Shown here in pieces: positions 1-39,544 of a stretch of DNA of 64,000 bases. How positions within the stretch are numbered: position 1 is the stretch's first letter; every line of letters begins with the position of its first letter. Source of the DNA: Hydrolagus colliei (lineage: Eukaryota). The stretch covers positions 8,184,001-8,248,000 of the forward strand of contig CM068768.1 in assembly GCA_035084275.1 (NCBI GenBank), written 5' to 3'. The position numbers and the translations under genes were made by a program. The notes beneath the pieces were generated by a model. It was not told the DNA's origin and did no database searches. It worked only from the letters and a program-made list of their open reading frames with translations.

Positions 1-278
1 TTTCGAATCCAGGCAGGTCAAGTCAATACTTTACACACACACACACACACGCCCGCGCTTAATAATAATCAGTCCCACCCCAAAAAAACACCCAATAATA
101 AAAATTGGTCATTTTCAACCCATGATTGTTTGTGTGTGTGGGAGGGGACGTTGCCGTGCTTCGCCCACAAATATATATACAGTCAATTCACTTTACAGTT
201 TATTCTGTGAAGCGCTTTGAGACACAGACTAGAGGACGTGAAAAGCCGCTGTATCGAATGCAAGTATAATTATTATTA
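1..278 (+). mobile_element. tRNA-derived SINE (Deu-type core, L2-like tail), head truncated by window edge
   Basis: ttcgaatccaggcaggtc B-box, (CA)n, tgtgaagcgctttgagac...(TTA)n tail. Confidence 0.85.
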
Positions 279-456
279 AGCTATTGAGTGGGGGGTGGGG
301 GGGGGGGGGGGGGAGGCTGGGGGGGGGGGTGAAACTTGTTGAATGACCATCAACTCTGCCCAGAGTGAGGAATTATCTTCGCAAACGCTGGTCGTGTTGA
401 CAACAGCGCCCTCTCTCGGCGTTTCGATCGGGAGAGACCCGGCATTGTTTTCAGCG

Positions 457-797
457 TTCGGCTCGGTGGTTAGAGCGCTCGGCGAGTGAGAGAGAGAGAG
501 AGACCCGGGTTCAATTCCAGTCAGGTCAGGTCGGGGCCAAAACCTTGGGCGAGTTTCCTTTTCTCCACACGCCTGATAATTATAATCCCACAGAGATGGG
601 GGGTGGGGTTGGGGGGGGAGGGGGGAGAGGGGACACACAATGATAAATTGTTCATTTCAATCACCGCTGTCCACCCCACTGTATATACAGTCACTTCACT
701 TTACAGTATATTCTGTGAAGCGCTTTGAGACACAGTCTAGAAGACGTGAAAAGCCGCGATCGCAAATGCCAGGATTATTATTACCGTATTATATTAT
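457..797 (+). mobile_element. tRNA-derived SINE
   Basis: ggctcggtggttagagc head to gattattatt tail; same family. Confidence 0.85.
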
Positions 798-1482
798 TCG
801 GGGAGATGCTGGTTAGAAGACGTTAAAAGTGCGACGTCGAACGCAAGGATGGATAATATTATTGTCTATTGGTACGGAGTTTCTCTCGAGGGCAGAGAAA
901 AGAGAAACCGCTCGTTTTAACTCTTTCTCGGAACTATTCCCTTGGCTCTGAATTTCCCCCCGGATTCCCAACGTCTGCGCGATGTGGTTTGTGGCACTTT
1001 TCCGGCGGTTGGGGGATTAGTTCGCCTCCCGGTGTCCCGTCCTGCCCAATAACTTCCAGATACAATCGCCCGGTCGATCAATGAATCCTCGGCTGTTTCA
1101 TTGTTTGTTTTTCTTAAAAAGCTCCCAGTTCCCTGGGGGAAAAGCTGCTTCCCCACCGCCCCCCCCCACCACCCCCCCCTTCCCCACCCTACCCCACGTC
1201 CTGCTTTGTTCCCAGCTTGTTGTCGATACATTAATTAATCAAGGACGGAAGACGGCCATTCCTTCCTGGCCGTTAATTGCCACGGCCGCCCGCGCTAATC
1301 ACACGCCAACCATTGTAACATGTAACACGCAAACACACACACCGCAGTCGCCACACCCTTCACAGTCGGGGGCCTGTGAGGGAGACACACTCCCATCGAG
1401 ACATCCCAATGACATGATGAGACACCAAATGCAAAGATTTTTTTATTATTTGTGATGACTTATTATTATCACTATTAAGCCT

Positions 1483-1830
1483 TGCTGGTTAGAGTACTCT
1501 CTCTGCGAGTGAGAGAGGTGGGTTCGATTCCAGGCAGGTCAGGGGCGAAACCTTGGGCAAGTTTCCTTACTCCACACACACACACACACACACGCACGCA
1601 CGCACGCACGCACGCACGCGCCTGATAATAATAAATTGGTCACTTCAATCCAAGGTGTGTGTGGGGGGGGGAAACTCTGCTGTGCGCAATCGGCTGCCGC
1701 GTTTCACCCACTAATATACACAGTCACTTCACTTTACAGTATATTCTGTGAAGCGCTTTGAGACACAGACTAGAAGACGTGATAAGAAGGCTCCGTGTCA
1801 AACGCAATATCCAAATTTATGATTAGTATT
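1483..1830 (+). mobile_element. tRNA-derived SINE
   Basis: tggttagag...gttcgattccaggcagg head, ctgtgcgcaatcggctgccgcgtttc core, tail. Confidence 0.85.
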
Positions 1831-2399
1831 GTTAACAAAGTTCAGTGAGAAACCATTGCTGTTCTCTCTTCTACCACAAGGCGGTGCTGATATACTTCCT
1901 CCTGTGTCAATCTGCACACAGTATTTTGTTAAAATTGACTAGTTATATTGCAAAAATTGCACTATATTCCTTCAAATTGGTTATTTTTTTTTGCTAGGGG
2001 CGGTGGCGGGGGGAGGGATACTGTTTTGAAACAAGATATTTCACCCTGGCGTCGCACCGCGAGAGATAAACCCCGGAATTTTCTAAATATAATACTCAGT
2101 TAATTATAGCTCCAGTGTCAAATTCTGTGCGCTTACGGGAAGGGCGTGCTGAGCGGGGCTCAAATATGAGGCAGCTACTCAAAACCCCGAGTTAACCACG
2201 CAGAAAAAAATAACGTTTGCACAAAGTTCTCGAGGTTCCACATCTCCCCCGCCATGGCCCGTTCAGCCTCTCTGCCCCCTACCCTTGGTACTCCATCCTA
2301 CAGTCCCATCGCTCACGGCAGCGTCGACCTCCCCACACCCCCCCACCCCCACACACACACACAGACAGACACACACAAACAACCAAGGGTTGCAATGAC

Positions 2400-2537
2400 C
2401 AAAATGTATATTTTTTATTCTGAGGGATTATTATGAGGCATGCGTGCGGAGTAAGGAAACTCGCCCAAGGTTTCTCCCTGACCTTGTGTCTCTCGCTTGT
2501 AAGGCGAGCGCTCCAACTAACCACTGAGCTACAAGGC
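2400..2537 (-). mobile_element. SINE 5' half
   Basis: reverse complement of gtagctcagtggttag head. Confidence 0.75.
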
Positions 2538-2739
2538 TTTAATTATTGAGTCGACTTTGCCTACGAAGCACAGTCACTACACTAGTCACAAGTAAAATCC
2601 CATGAAGCTACCAACAAGCAATAGGGCGCTGTATCAAATGTGAGGATTACTATTCGTATTATTATTATAATGATAATTTATTTCTAATGGTACTTTACTG
2701 AATCAGGACAACCTTTGGGCTACATTTTGGGCTATTGAG

Positions 2740-3075
2740 GTGGGAGGGAGGGGGCGGCTTTGGGCTATCAACCCGCAGCGTTAATCTCTGCTCGCCTCTG
2801 ATTGGCGGGGGAGGAGGGGAAGGGATCACGTGAGTGGGAAGGGTGGGGGAGGAGCTGGCGAAGGGAATCGTTTGAGCGAGGGAGTGTCACGTGACGAGGG
2901 GGTGGGAGAGTCAGTGTGGAAGGCGGGGGGGGGGGGGGGGTGGATGGAGTGTCACGTGAGGTGGGAGTGTCGCGCGCGCGTGTGTGTGTGTGTGTGTGGA
3001 GGGGGGGGCGAGATGGAGAGTCACGTGAGGAGGGCGACGGAGTCGAGGTGGGGGCGGAGAGTCACGTGAGGGTGG
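2740..3075 (+). promoter_or_regulatory. ATP6V0A1 GC-rich TATA-less promoter with five CLEAR E-boxes, GC boxes and an inverted CCAAT box
   Basis: TCACGTGA cores at 2825-2834, 2886-2895 (perfect GTCACGTGAC), 2951-2960, 3020-3029, 3061-3070; GGGGCGG at ~2751 and ~3051; GATTGG at ~2800; CpG-rich. Confidence 0.85.
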
Positions 3076-3152
3076 CGTGTCAGGTGGCGGGAGGGAGGGA
3101 GGAGCGGGTGGCGGCGGCGGCGGCGGCGACTTGTGGGCTGTGAGGGAGACAG
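3076..3152 (+). other. ATP6V0A1: Probable non-coding first exon of ATP6V0A1 (start approximate)
   Basis: (GGC)n-containing GC-rich stretch just downstream of the CLEAR cluster ending at donor CAG|GTAGGT (3152/3153); a second possible donor CAG|GTAGGC at 3350/3351; next acceptor tttcag| at 5396/5397 precedes the ATG. Confidence 0.6.
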
Positions 3153-3389
3153 GTAGGTCACTGAGGAGGGGAGGTGAGGGTGAGGGACAGGGAGAGAAGG
3201 AGAGAGAGAAGGGAGCCCTGACTGAGGGCTGCGTGTGTGTCTGTGTAGAGGGGGGGGGGGGTGACTCTAGTCGTTGTCCCTTGTCCCACCCAAAGGCTAG
3301 AGGTGTCAATGGGAGGATAACCTGAGGCTTTGCTGACAGACAGGTGACAGGTAGGCCTCAACTTCCCACTGAGACACTCAGCTCAGATC

Positions 3390-4100
3390 ACTGTCCTCTC
3401 TCCTCCTCTCCCCTCTCCTCTGATCTCCTTCCTCCTCTCTCCTCTCTCCTCCTCTCACCTCTCTTCTCTCTCCTCTCCTCTGATCTCCTTCCTCCTCTCT
3501 CCTCTCTCCTCCTCTCACCTCTCTTCTCTCTCCTCTCCTCTCTCCTCTGATCTCCTTCCTCCTTCCTCCTCTCTCCTCCTCTGATCTCCTCCTCTCCTCT
3601 GTCCACTCTCCTCCTCTCTCCTCTCTCCTCCTCTCTCTCCTCCTCTCCTCTCCTCTCTCCTCTGTCCACTCTCTTCTGACCTTCCTCTCCTCTCTCCTCT
3701 CCTCTCTCCTCTCTCCTCTCACCTCTCCTCTGTCTACTCTCCTCTCATCTCTCCTTTGCCCCCTCTCTTCTGTCCTTCCTCTCCTCTCTCCTCTTCTGCC
3801 CCCCTTTTCCTCTCTCCTCTCATTTCCCCTCTTCTCTCTCTTCTTCTCCTCTCATTTTTCCTCATCTCCCTCTTCTCTTCTGTCCCCTCTTCTTCTCTCC
3901 CCTCATTTCTCCTCTTCTCTTCTATCCACTCTCATCTCTCTCTTCTGTCCCCTCTTCTGTCCTTCCTCTTCTCTCCTCCTCTCATCTCTCTCTCCTGTCC
4001 CCTATTCTCCCCTCCCTCTCCTCTCATTTCTCCTCTCTCTCTCTTCTGCCCCCTCTTCCCTCTCCTCCCTCTCCTTCTCTCATCCCTCTCATTGTTCTCC
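3390..4100. repeat. ~700-bp C/T low-complexity tract with an exact 60-nt tandem duplication (3421-3540)
   Basis: almost purine-free (CT/CCT)n; lines 3421 and 3481 identical. Confidence 0.95.
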
Positions 4101-5446
4101 TGTATTGCACATGATATGTGTGTCTCCATCTCTGTCTCCATCTTCCCAGCCTCTCTCCATTTTGTTCTTGCAATAATCATCATCATAAGAATCCTTGCTT
4201 TCAACACCGTGCCTTTTCATGTCATTGAGACGTCTCAAGCTGCTTCACAGGCTATAATATTTTGCTAAAATGTCTTATAAGATAATATAGGATTACATCA
4301 GATGAGATATAATGCTAATGTCTGTATGATGTAACAGTATTCTATAATGTATAATAAATAATGGATTATATAATACTCATTTCTATATAATATAACAGTA
4401 AAATGTATACTACGGAATCCATAATAATATAATGTAGAATCTGATTTAATGATAGCATCAAATTGCAGAATATACTGTTTTTTTGTGGGTGAACCTTTAT
4501 CTATTAATTATTCAACAACGGCAACACACAGAAAAATCTTCCCTTCCCACCCTGCCTTGTGTCACCTTCCTACCCATCCTCCCGTCCTGTGCTCCACGCC
4601 CCCTCATCCGTCCTCGGTTCTGTAGGCTCGGAGTCATGCTCCGGCACTGTCAAGCGTTCAGAGACGCGGTCTTGGTGTCAGGGGCGCTGCATAAATACAA
4701 GCAGTTGGCTTCAAAAGAGGTGAATTCAGCCGAGCAATGAAGAGAAGATGATAAATTAATATTGTTGGATAAGGATTTGAGTGATTGGAGGCCTGTGTTG
4801 AACCACGTCTCTGAATTATTTGGCAATATCTGCTGCAGCACCGTTTATCCATGGTGTGGTATTGTTGGTGCATTTACTGTATATACGGCTTACTTGTGGT
4901 TTCTGCGATGGCTTTATCGCCATGAGTCAAATGACTTGCAGAATATTGTAAAAGCGATTATGAAAACCAGGACAATGTACAATTTCTGCCAATAATTCTA
5001 AGCCATTACAGGAAATATTACGGCTTATCTATGCAGCAAGCAAACATGTAAATGTTTTGAGTGTTTGGCAAATTTGTTTCCACGCCTGATAATTAATTAA
5101 TTCAGTGGCCATTTTCTAGGCTGAGAGCAGCCACTAAAATTTACTAGGTGAGCCAGGTAGGGGATTGAACCGGGGATGGGGGCGGGGGGTTTAGTGTCAA
5201 TGATACAGGTTCACTCCTGGAATGGCTTTACTGATTGATCTATCACCAGAATTTTGCTGGATTAATTCCTCTATGAAAAAGAAGGGGTTATTTAATATGT
5301 CTTTCACCGGTAATTTATATAACTTCTCTCCTTTCTTCCCTCCACCCCTCTTCTCCCCCCCCAACCCCCCCACCTCCCCCACATATGGTCTTTCAGATCC
5401 AGAAAAGATTCCTGACTGACACGGGTTTGCTGAGTTCTGTTCCGCC

Positions 5447-31907
<26,461 letters not shown>

Positions 31908-32532
31908 AAAACCTTTGGCTCGAATCTCTCCCTCCCTCTCTCTCTTAACTCTGTCTAGACTTTGATGTGCACCTGGATCATGCGATTTATATATATATAT
32001 ATATACATATATATTTTGTCGTTGCTTCTCAGCCTCTTCCGAATCCTAGCTTGACATCGCGGTCAGGTCTGACATTACTTTCTCTGCACGCACTGAACAT
32101 AATCGAAACATCGCCCTACGTAAATCAAAGTCTTAGGTGTTAGTTGTGAAGTGTGCGTCTGTTGCGGTGTGTGGCTTAACTCGTATCATCCGTCCCCCTC
32201 CGTGTGTGTGTCCCCGTCCCCCCCGCCCCCCCACTTTCTAAATGTCTCCATAGGTGGTTTTCCTGCAGTGCAGTCGTGTGTTGTGTGTGTGTGCGTGCGT
32301 TTGTGTTACGTTCGTGTATTTAATCTGTGGCTTTGCGTTTCGGGAAGGTTGATGGTTTTGCAGTATTATCATACTATGGCAGTCATCTCCCAAGAATGTT
32401 TCCTGTTGGTCAAAATTAGAGTGTATGTGTATATATATATATATGTAAGTGTGTGTAGTACTGTAATTCAATCCAGCGCCTGATTTGTAGACAGCCAGTG
32501 AAGAGATCCAGATTTGTAGCTAGTTCTAGTGA

Positions 32533-32545
32533 ATTTATTTATTTA
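32533..32545 (+). promoter_or_regulatory. AU-rich element in ATP6V0A1 3'UTR
   Basis: ATTTATTTATTTA = three overlapping AUUUA ~630 nt after the stop. Confidence 0.4.
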
Positions 32546-34215
32546 TGAGATGTTGGGACGATGTGGGTGGAGGGGGTGGGGGGGGGGGAAAGAATAGCGA
32601 AGAGACCGACAAACAAAATAGCGGAGAGATTATTAGCGGATTAATAGCGGAGAAAAAATAAACTCCACACATGCTCTTTTGTTTTGCTGGAGGAAACGCA
32701 GTGAATGAATTCGTTATATTTAAAAAATATGGATTTGAGCGTTGGAAAGTTGGTAACGTGTGAAGAGAACGAGCAAAGCAAAAAAAAAACCCCAAATGAT
32801 AATCCCAGGACCGGACACAAAGCAATACTGGGGAGAGGTAGCGGAGTCGCTGTATTTATATTTCCTGTATACCTTGTTCTCATGAGAAGAGAAGTCGAGG
32901 AATAGTTTGTTCAAACCGCGGTGCGACTGGAATGAGCGTCTGGCTTCTCTATCTAAATAAGGACTCTGCCTCCTCTCTCCCCCTGCCCCCCTGCCCCCCT
33001 CTCTCTTTCCCTCCTCCCCGCAACGCCCCCACCACCCACCCACCCATGCACGCACGCACCCAGGACCAGTGTAAATAAGATATCTTCCTTCCCACCATGA
33101 GTCTAATCTGCTCACTTAAACACAGGCCAGGACGGTTGGGTAACTAGTTGAGAGGTCCACCAAGTTTGGTTTGCTCTGGGAAACCAGGGAATATGTAATC
33201 ATTAACCATTCACTAATCTGTTTATGACTAGTGTTACCCCTCAAGGTGGCCGTCCGATCGATCTGCCGAGCACCAATTTAAAAGCACCTATTAAACAGTC
33301 TGTTGCGGGCTGATAACACAAGGCTAGTTTCTCCTCATCCTTGTCAACGCTAGTGGCTGATGATCAATTGACTGTTAATACGGGTTTCTCTCTCTCCCTT
33401 TGGCATTAATGCGAGGATTAATTTTTTATAATGAAGTATCTCAGGAGGCTGGGAGCGACGCACAGCGACCGAGTGTTTGGCGAGGGTCGGCCTCAGGATA
33501 CGGCTTGATTTGCCTCCGTTGCTGCTAGGACTGTGTAGGGATTCATCCAATGCTGTGATCTGCAAATCAAATGGCTCTTCCCACGAGTTTGCCCAAAACT
33601 TGAAATAATTCAGCCAATGGTGCAAAGGCTTCAGCGATCAGGATTGTTATCTTATTTGCACTGCCCGCTCTCAATGAAAGGATAGCAGTAAACGATTAGG
33701 ATTAATATTCTGTCCTCTCTCTCTCACTCTCTCACTGTCTGTGTCACTCTGTTTCTCCCAGAAATACTTGATGCACTTTCTCTTTCGCTCGTTTGAAGGA
33801 AGCTCTTTTGTGTGTGTATGTGATTGCACACTTTATCTTGTGCCACTCTGTTTGGAAGGGAAGCTATAGCCTATTAAACTGCTATTGAGTAAGGCGAGGG
33901 GTCTAATTTACACTGATTCTTAAATCCTATTGAAATTTCTGTCCACCCAACGCTTCAGAAGGGGATCGGTTGGGGCTGAGTTCTTGCGAGGAAGTATTTT
34001 CTTCCAGTTCCCCCCATTTTGCCCCCGCCACCCACACACCCCCCCACCCCCCCAACCACTCGACCCTTTAATTTTATTGTGATTCAGCGGAAACCAAGGC
34101 ACCCATTTCATCATTGTGTCTTGGCAAAAGGCAACGATTTGGGTTACTGAAAGCCATGGGATTTGTATGTGTGTCTCTCTCTCTCTGTCTCCCCCTCTCT
34201 CCACCCCTCCCATGT

Positions 34216-34221
34216 AATAAA
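34216..34221 (+). terminator. Candidate ATP6V0A1 polyadenylation signal (3'UTR ~2.3 kb)
   Basis: AATAAA followed by G/T-rich sequence (gatgttttgttaagttgc); UTR up to here lacks SINEs. Confidence 0.5.
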
Positions 34222-34744
34222 GAATGATGTTTTGTTAAGTTGCTTCATGGGACGTGGCTCTTGATGTCAAACTCTCGGTGTTTCCAGTCGCTTCCCCCAT
34301 TCCCCCATGCTTTAAAGTGTTAAATAGCCTTCTGTGTGTGCGTGCGTGCGTTCGTGTATATGTGTGTGTGCGTGCGTGCGTTCGTTCGCGTGTGTGTGTG
34401 TGTGTGTACAATGGATTTGTGTCGGGACTGATTGGAATCCCTGTGATTAGCGCTCGTTCACCGATACAAATTTTTTTTTGTTTTTTAATCGTTTTTATTT
34501 TTTTGGAGGATGGTTTACAGCTTCGAATGTATTGTGAAAATTAGCTCACCGGATGGAAAATCTGTCTCTCGTCTCTTTGCCATCTCTTCGAGAATCCCGT
34601 TCCGTTCCTCTGTCACACCGAGATCGTAGATAATATTGACCGTGTACATGATTGATCCTAGATTAAAATGTGGCTGAAGTTTGACCATGTTACAGAGGGT
34701 GTCGGCTGAGTGTTGTGAGATCGCAGTCATGTAATACGGAGGCT

Positions 34745-35570
34745 GATCGCGTGTGTGGAGTAACAAAACTTGCCAAGGTTTCGCCCTGACCTGCCTGGAT
34801 TCGAAACACAGGTCTCCCGCTTGTAAGGCGAGCGAGCGCTCTAACCACTGACCTGCAAGGAGGTCCACCCGGGGTAGAATTGCAAAGCAGGTCGTGCTTT
34901 TCTCCCTCAGTCACTCCCTCTCTCCTGCTCCCTCTCTCTTGCCACCCCCCCCTCCACCCCACCCTTAACCTCGCTATCGTATGTCAGTGGGAAATGTCAC
35001 AGCAAATACTCACATGCGCCAGCCAACCGCCCGCCCGAGAAGGCAAGAGGCATTTGACAGGAACTCACTCTGACATTCCTGCTTTGAAATGAATGTGCAG
35101 AGAAGATGGGATGCCTTCCCCCGGGGGGGGGGGGGGCGGGGGGTAAGAGCTCTCTCTGCTCCTCTCAACACAGAGGAGTTCAACAGGGAGTGGGAAGAGG
35201 GTGTGGTGGGAGGAACACACCTCCAGCTCGACGGACTTTAGATCTGGCCGCCTTTCCTTTTTAACCTCGTTCAAACCACACGATTTCAAACCCCTTTTAT
35301 GCCTCAGTAACATGGCCTCGGGGTTAGGTTCCATCGCTGTTCACTGAATAATAATAATAATAACCCTTGCGTTTTGATGTAGCGCTTTTCACATCTTATC
35401 GACGTCTCAAAGACTATACTGTAAAATTAAGCGATTTTGTGGACGAAACGCGGTAGCCAATTGTGCACAGCAGTCAACGTCCCCCCCCCCCCCCCCCCAC
35501 AAACAGCCGTGGATTGAAAATGACCCAATTTATTCTTGTGTTTTTTTGGGGGAGAAGGATTATTATTTCG
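34745..35570 (-). mobile_element. SINE head (34745-34862) and SINE 3' half (35345-35570)
   Basis: reverse-strand matches to the same family. Confidence 0.75.
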
Positions 35571-36314
35571 CTCCTAAATAGACTAGTACTCGTTTTAACC
35601 GGATGTCCCCCTTGTTCTGGATTCTCAAGCCCACCGGAGGAAAACAAAAGTTTCTCCGTTTAAAAAAAAACACAGAGAAAAAACCAATCGAATCCCTTTA
35701 TTAATATTGCTGAACGGTCCGACCTACCCCGATTCACCCGACAGCCTTCCCTAGAATAAAACCCTTTCCGTTATCGCCCGTTTCACCCACCTCTCTCCCT
35801 CAGCTTCTAAACCGGGCATTTAATCCAGCGTCCCTCACCGCCTCGTCAGAATACCTTGCCTGGACTTTACTTCGAAGCGAAGCGACTGCTTGTGTACGTC
35901 GCACTCGTGGAGCTAATTAACAGATTAGCAGCTGCAAATGCAGGGGGAGGCAGGGAGGGAGGGCAGGGAGGAAAGAATCTTAACACAACCTAAACAACAG
36001 GACAGTGTCGTGCGTCAAGATCACTTTCGGAACCATATAGAGTATTCGGAGGAGAATTTAACAGTCGGACAGCTCCCTCCTGTGGATTTATCTGATTGTC
36101 TGTCCAACCTTTGCAACCAAACAGTCAGTGAGTGAGAGGAGAAAGAGAGAGAGAGTGTCTCATGCCTTGTCATTATTTCCTTTCATTTTATTCCTGGGTT
36201 GACATGAGATCCAGCAAGCCAGGGCTTGTGTAAACATGTGTAAATATGTGTAAACATATATTTAAAGTTATGAAAGGTGCCCCTTGTTTTTTTTGGTGCG
36301 TTTGAGGCTAAAAC

Positions 36315-36344
36315 GATAATAAATTTATCATTTTCAACCCACGG

Positions 36345-36392
<48 letters not shown>

Positions 36393-36609
36393 GAGACGCC
36401 GCTGTGCTCGATTGGCTGCCGCGTTTCGCCCACAAATATACGCACAGTCACTTCACTTTACGTTACATTCTGCGAAGCGCTTTGAGACACAGTCGATAAG
36501 GATTATTATATTATTATTATTACTCAACAGGGACTTCCATTTTTTGGGGAGGGATTATTATTGTGTGTGTGTGTGTGGGTGTGTGTGTGTGTGTGCGTGC
36601 GTGCGTGTG

Positions 36610-36643
<34 letters not shown>

Positions 36644-37135
36644 GAGTAATGAAGCCTGCAACGTTTTGCCCTGACCTGACCTGACCTTCCCCCGGATTCG
36701 AAGCACAGACCTCCTCAGGCCAGCAAGGCTCTAACCCGCTGGGCTGCAGGGGACTCATTCGATGACGCGAGTCGAATGTTCCGTGCATTTCGCGAAGAGC
36801 AGCTGAGTGGAGATAAACGACGCTGGAGGGCGGGGAGGAGATGGTTGGACGCTCGGCTCACTTGCCACGACGGCCACCAGATAGCGACAAACGTCAGGGC
36901 AACTCCCAAGCAGATCCTCCCGAACTGAAATCACGCTCACACGTTTTATTATGGTGGTGTTTGTTTTGGAGGGATTATTATCAGGCGCGTGTGTGTGCGT
37001 GTGTGTGTGTGTGTGTGTGTGGAGTAAGGAAACTTGCCCAAGGTTTCGCCCTGACCTGACCTGACCTGCCTGGATTCGAAACACACAAGTCTCACGCGCT
37101 TGTAAAGCGAGCGCTCTAAGCCCCGAGCTACAGGA
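36315..37135. mobile_element. SINE cluster (+ 3' half 36315-36525; - heads 36550-36752 and 36945-37135)
   Basis: core/tail and ctgacctgacctg head repeats with long (TG)n. Confidence 0.8.
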
Positions 37136-37416
37136 GAGAGCCACCGGCTTCTGCCGTCCCTGTGATGGGCTGCTGGTTGAATCCCTGAGAGAACGGCGCT
37201 TTTGCGAGCGAGAATATTCCTTTTCTTCCCCGCGACTCGATTATTGCTGCGCATTTCCTCGCTCTCGTTCCAACGTAAACACCAGCCGAGGTTCACAGGA
37301 AGTTCGATGGAAACCAGGCTCAAAACAGGAAAGTCCTCATTTCGAAGGTTTTACAAATAACATCGGAAATTCCACATTTATTCGCGAAAGGCACTCAAAT
37401 TTTGAGGGGGGGGGGA

Positions 37417-37616
37417 NNNNNNNNNNNNNNNNNNNNNNNNNNNNNNNNNNNNNNNNNNNNNNNNNNNNNNNNNNNNNNNNNNNNNNNNNNNNNNNNNNNN
37501 NNNNNNNNNNNNNNNNNNNNNNNNNNNNNNNNNNNNNNNNNNNNNNNNNNNNNNNNNNNNNNNNNNNNNNNNNNNNNNNNNNNNNNNNNNNNNNNNNNNN
37601 NNNNNNNNNNNNNNNN
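37417..37616. other. Assembly gap (200 N)
   Basis: run of N flanked by G and C homopolymers. Confidence 1.
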
Positions 37617-39544
37617 TGGCGCGTTTAAAGACGAAGGTCTTCAGGCGAAACCCCCCCCCCCCCCCCCCCCCCTCCCTCCTGAGGGTAGTGTGATATGTTT
37701 ATATGAGTGAGAGGTAGACATCACTGACATGGATTCAAGACAGGATGAACAAGGAAGCTTTGTGCTTTGTTGAAGAGGGGTGGGGGGGATGTCAAGACTT
37801 TTAATGAGTCGCTGAAGTTATTGGAAGAGATGATTTTTTTTGTTGGGGGGGTGGGGAAGAGTGAGAGAGAGAGTGATCAGTGCAGTCAAACGCCAACTCA
37901 GCGGCAACTGAGCTGAACTACAAGAACTCCTTTTCATGTCAGCCTCACACAAGACTCTCGCTCGCTCGCTGATAAATTGAAGCCTCTTAAAAATTATCGC
38001 AACACACACACACTGACGGGTGATCAAACTGATCAACCCTTAGGATACGGACAAGTTTGTTGCCTGCAAATCATCTGTGCGCCAAACTCTCGGGTTTGTT
38101 CAGGAGGGACTGGGAGCCAGAGGGGGTGGGGGGCTGGGTGTACTTGTAAAAGCGCTGTCCAATACATCTGGTTCACAGACAGCGATTTCTATGGTCAATT
38201 AATTAGCGAGCGGTGAAGTTGCTGGCTTGTTCCAGTGGCATTTCGGTTCACGTGTTTTTAGCAAGGCTACAAGAGCAGTTAGTGTGAGAGGCGGTGGGAA
38301 GAGAGAGGGGAGAGAGGAGAGAGAAAGAGAGAAAGAGAGAGAGAATAGGAGGGGAGGGAAATGTAATAATCCTTGCATTTTGATAGAGGCGAGAGTTACG
38401 TTTAGTTAAGCACTTACTGAAGTGAATCATAATACCGTAGTCTACTCATAATAGCCCACTAAATAATTATCCTTGGATTTACGATAGCGCTTTATCATGT
38501 CGTTGAGATTGTCTCAGAGAAAAGTTACACAACTTTTGACCTCTGGTGAGACTGTCAACACTACATCAGGGGCGGGGGGGGGGGGGAGAGAAGGGCCATC
38601 ACACTCTCAATCACATTCACACCTGGTAGGAATTCCTCTCACATCTTTACTCTAACCCCCCACCCCCCACGCCAGTCCATCTGCTGCTGCCCTCATCGAG
38701 TACATTTGGTCAGCGTTTGGTTAACAGATCCTTGTCAACATGTGTCCGTGGGAGGGAGAGGGAGAGAGAGTGGGTGAGGGAGGGAGGGAGGGAGAGGGAG
38801 AGAGTGGGGGAGTGGGTGAGGGAGGGAGGGGAGAGGGAGAGTGGGGGAGTGGGTGAGGGAGGGGAGGGAGAGGGATGGACGTACGATGGGAAAAACACGA
38901 GAGAACAGAAGGGAGGTTGTCTAAGAGGAAGGAATAGCGCACTGTACTGTATATTAAAAAAACATTCCGACTGTGATTGTGCGCCAGATAATTCACGCGC
39001 CTGTGTCTCCACCGGTCTGACATGGCAGTCTGTGAATTTTATTTGCATAATTTCTCATTTATGAGGGAAATTCAGGCAGAGACTGAACGCCAGCTGCTCC
39101 CCCCCCACCCCCACCCTCCCCCATTCCCTCCCTTGCTCATCGCTCTAACCAGCTCAGCCCAGCCATTTGAACAAGCATTAAAAAGCAACACATTCGTGTG
39201 TTTTGTTTGATGTTGGGTAAAGATCTCAGTAAAATGGTGTGTGGTGGGGGGGGGGCACCCGATCCACCACTGTTTGTGGGACGGTGCTGCGTGCCAATTG
39301 GCGGCCACATTCCGCCCACAGAAGAATTACTGTATAATCAATTTGCGTCAACGCTGTCTGTATATTCTGTGAACGCTTTGAGACTTTACAATGACGTAGT
39401 AATAATACTATTACTCACAGGTGTTCGCGCAACACTTTAATCTGCGGTGCAAAGAGAACATACAAAATTATATATATACATATTTTTTAATATTTTACAC
39501 CTTTGTACAAAATTAGTGACGTTGTGTGTGCGTGCACGCGCGCG

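Noticed and set aside
925-2141. STAT/GAS-like sites TTCTCGGAA (925-933) and TTACGGGAA (2133-2141)
   Set aside because: A 6-base-defined motif is expected many times by chance in 64 kb; no clustering.
2830-4268. Many G/E/R- or L/S/P-rich ORFs
   Set aside because: Translations of the G-rich promoter and the CT tract.
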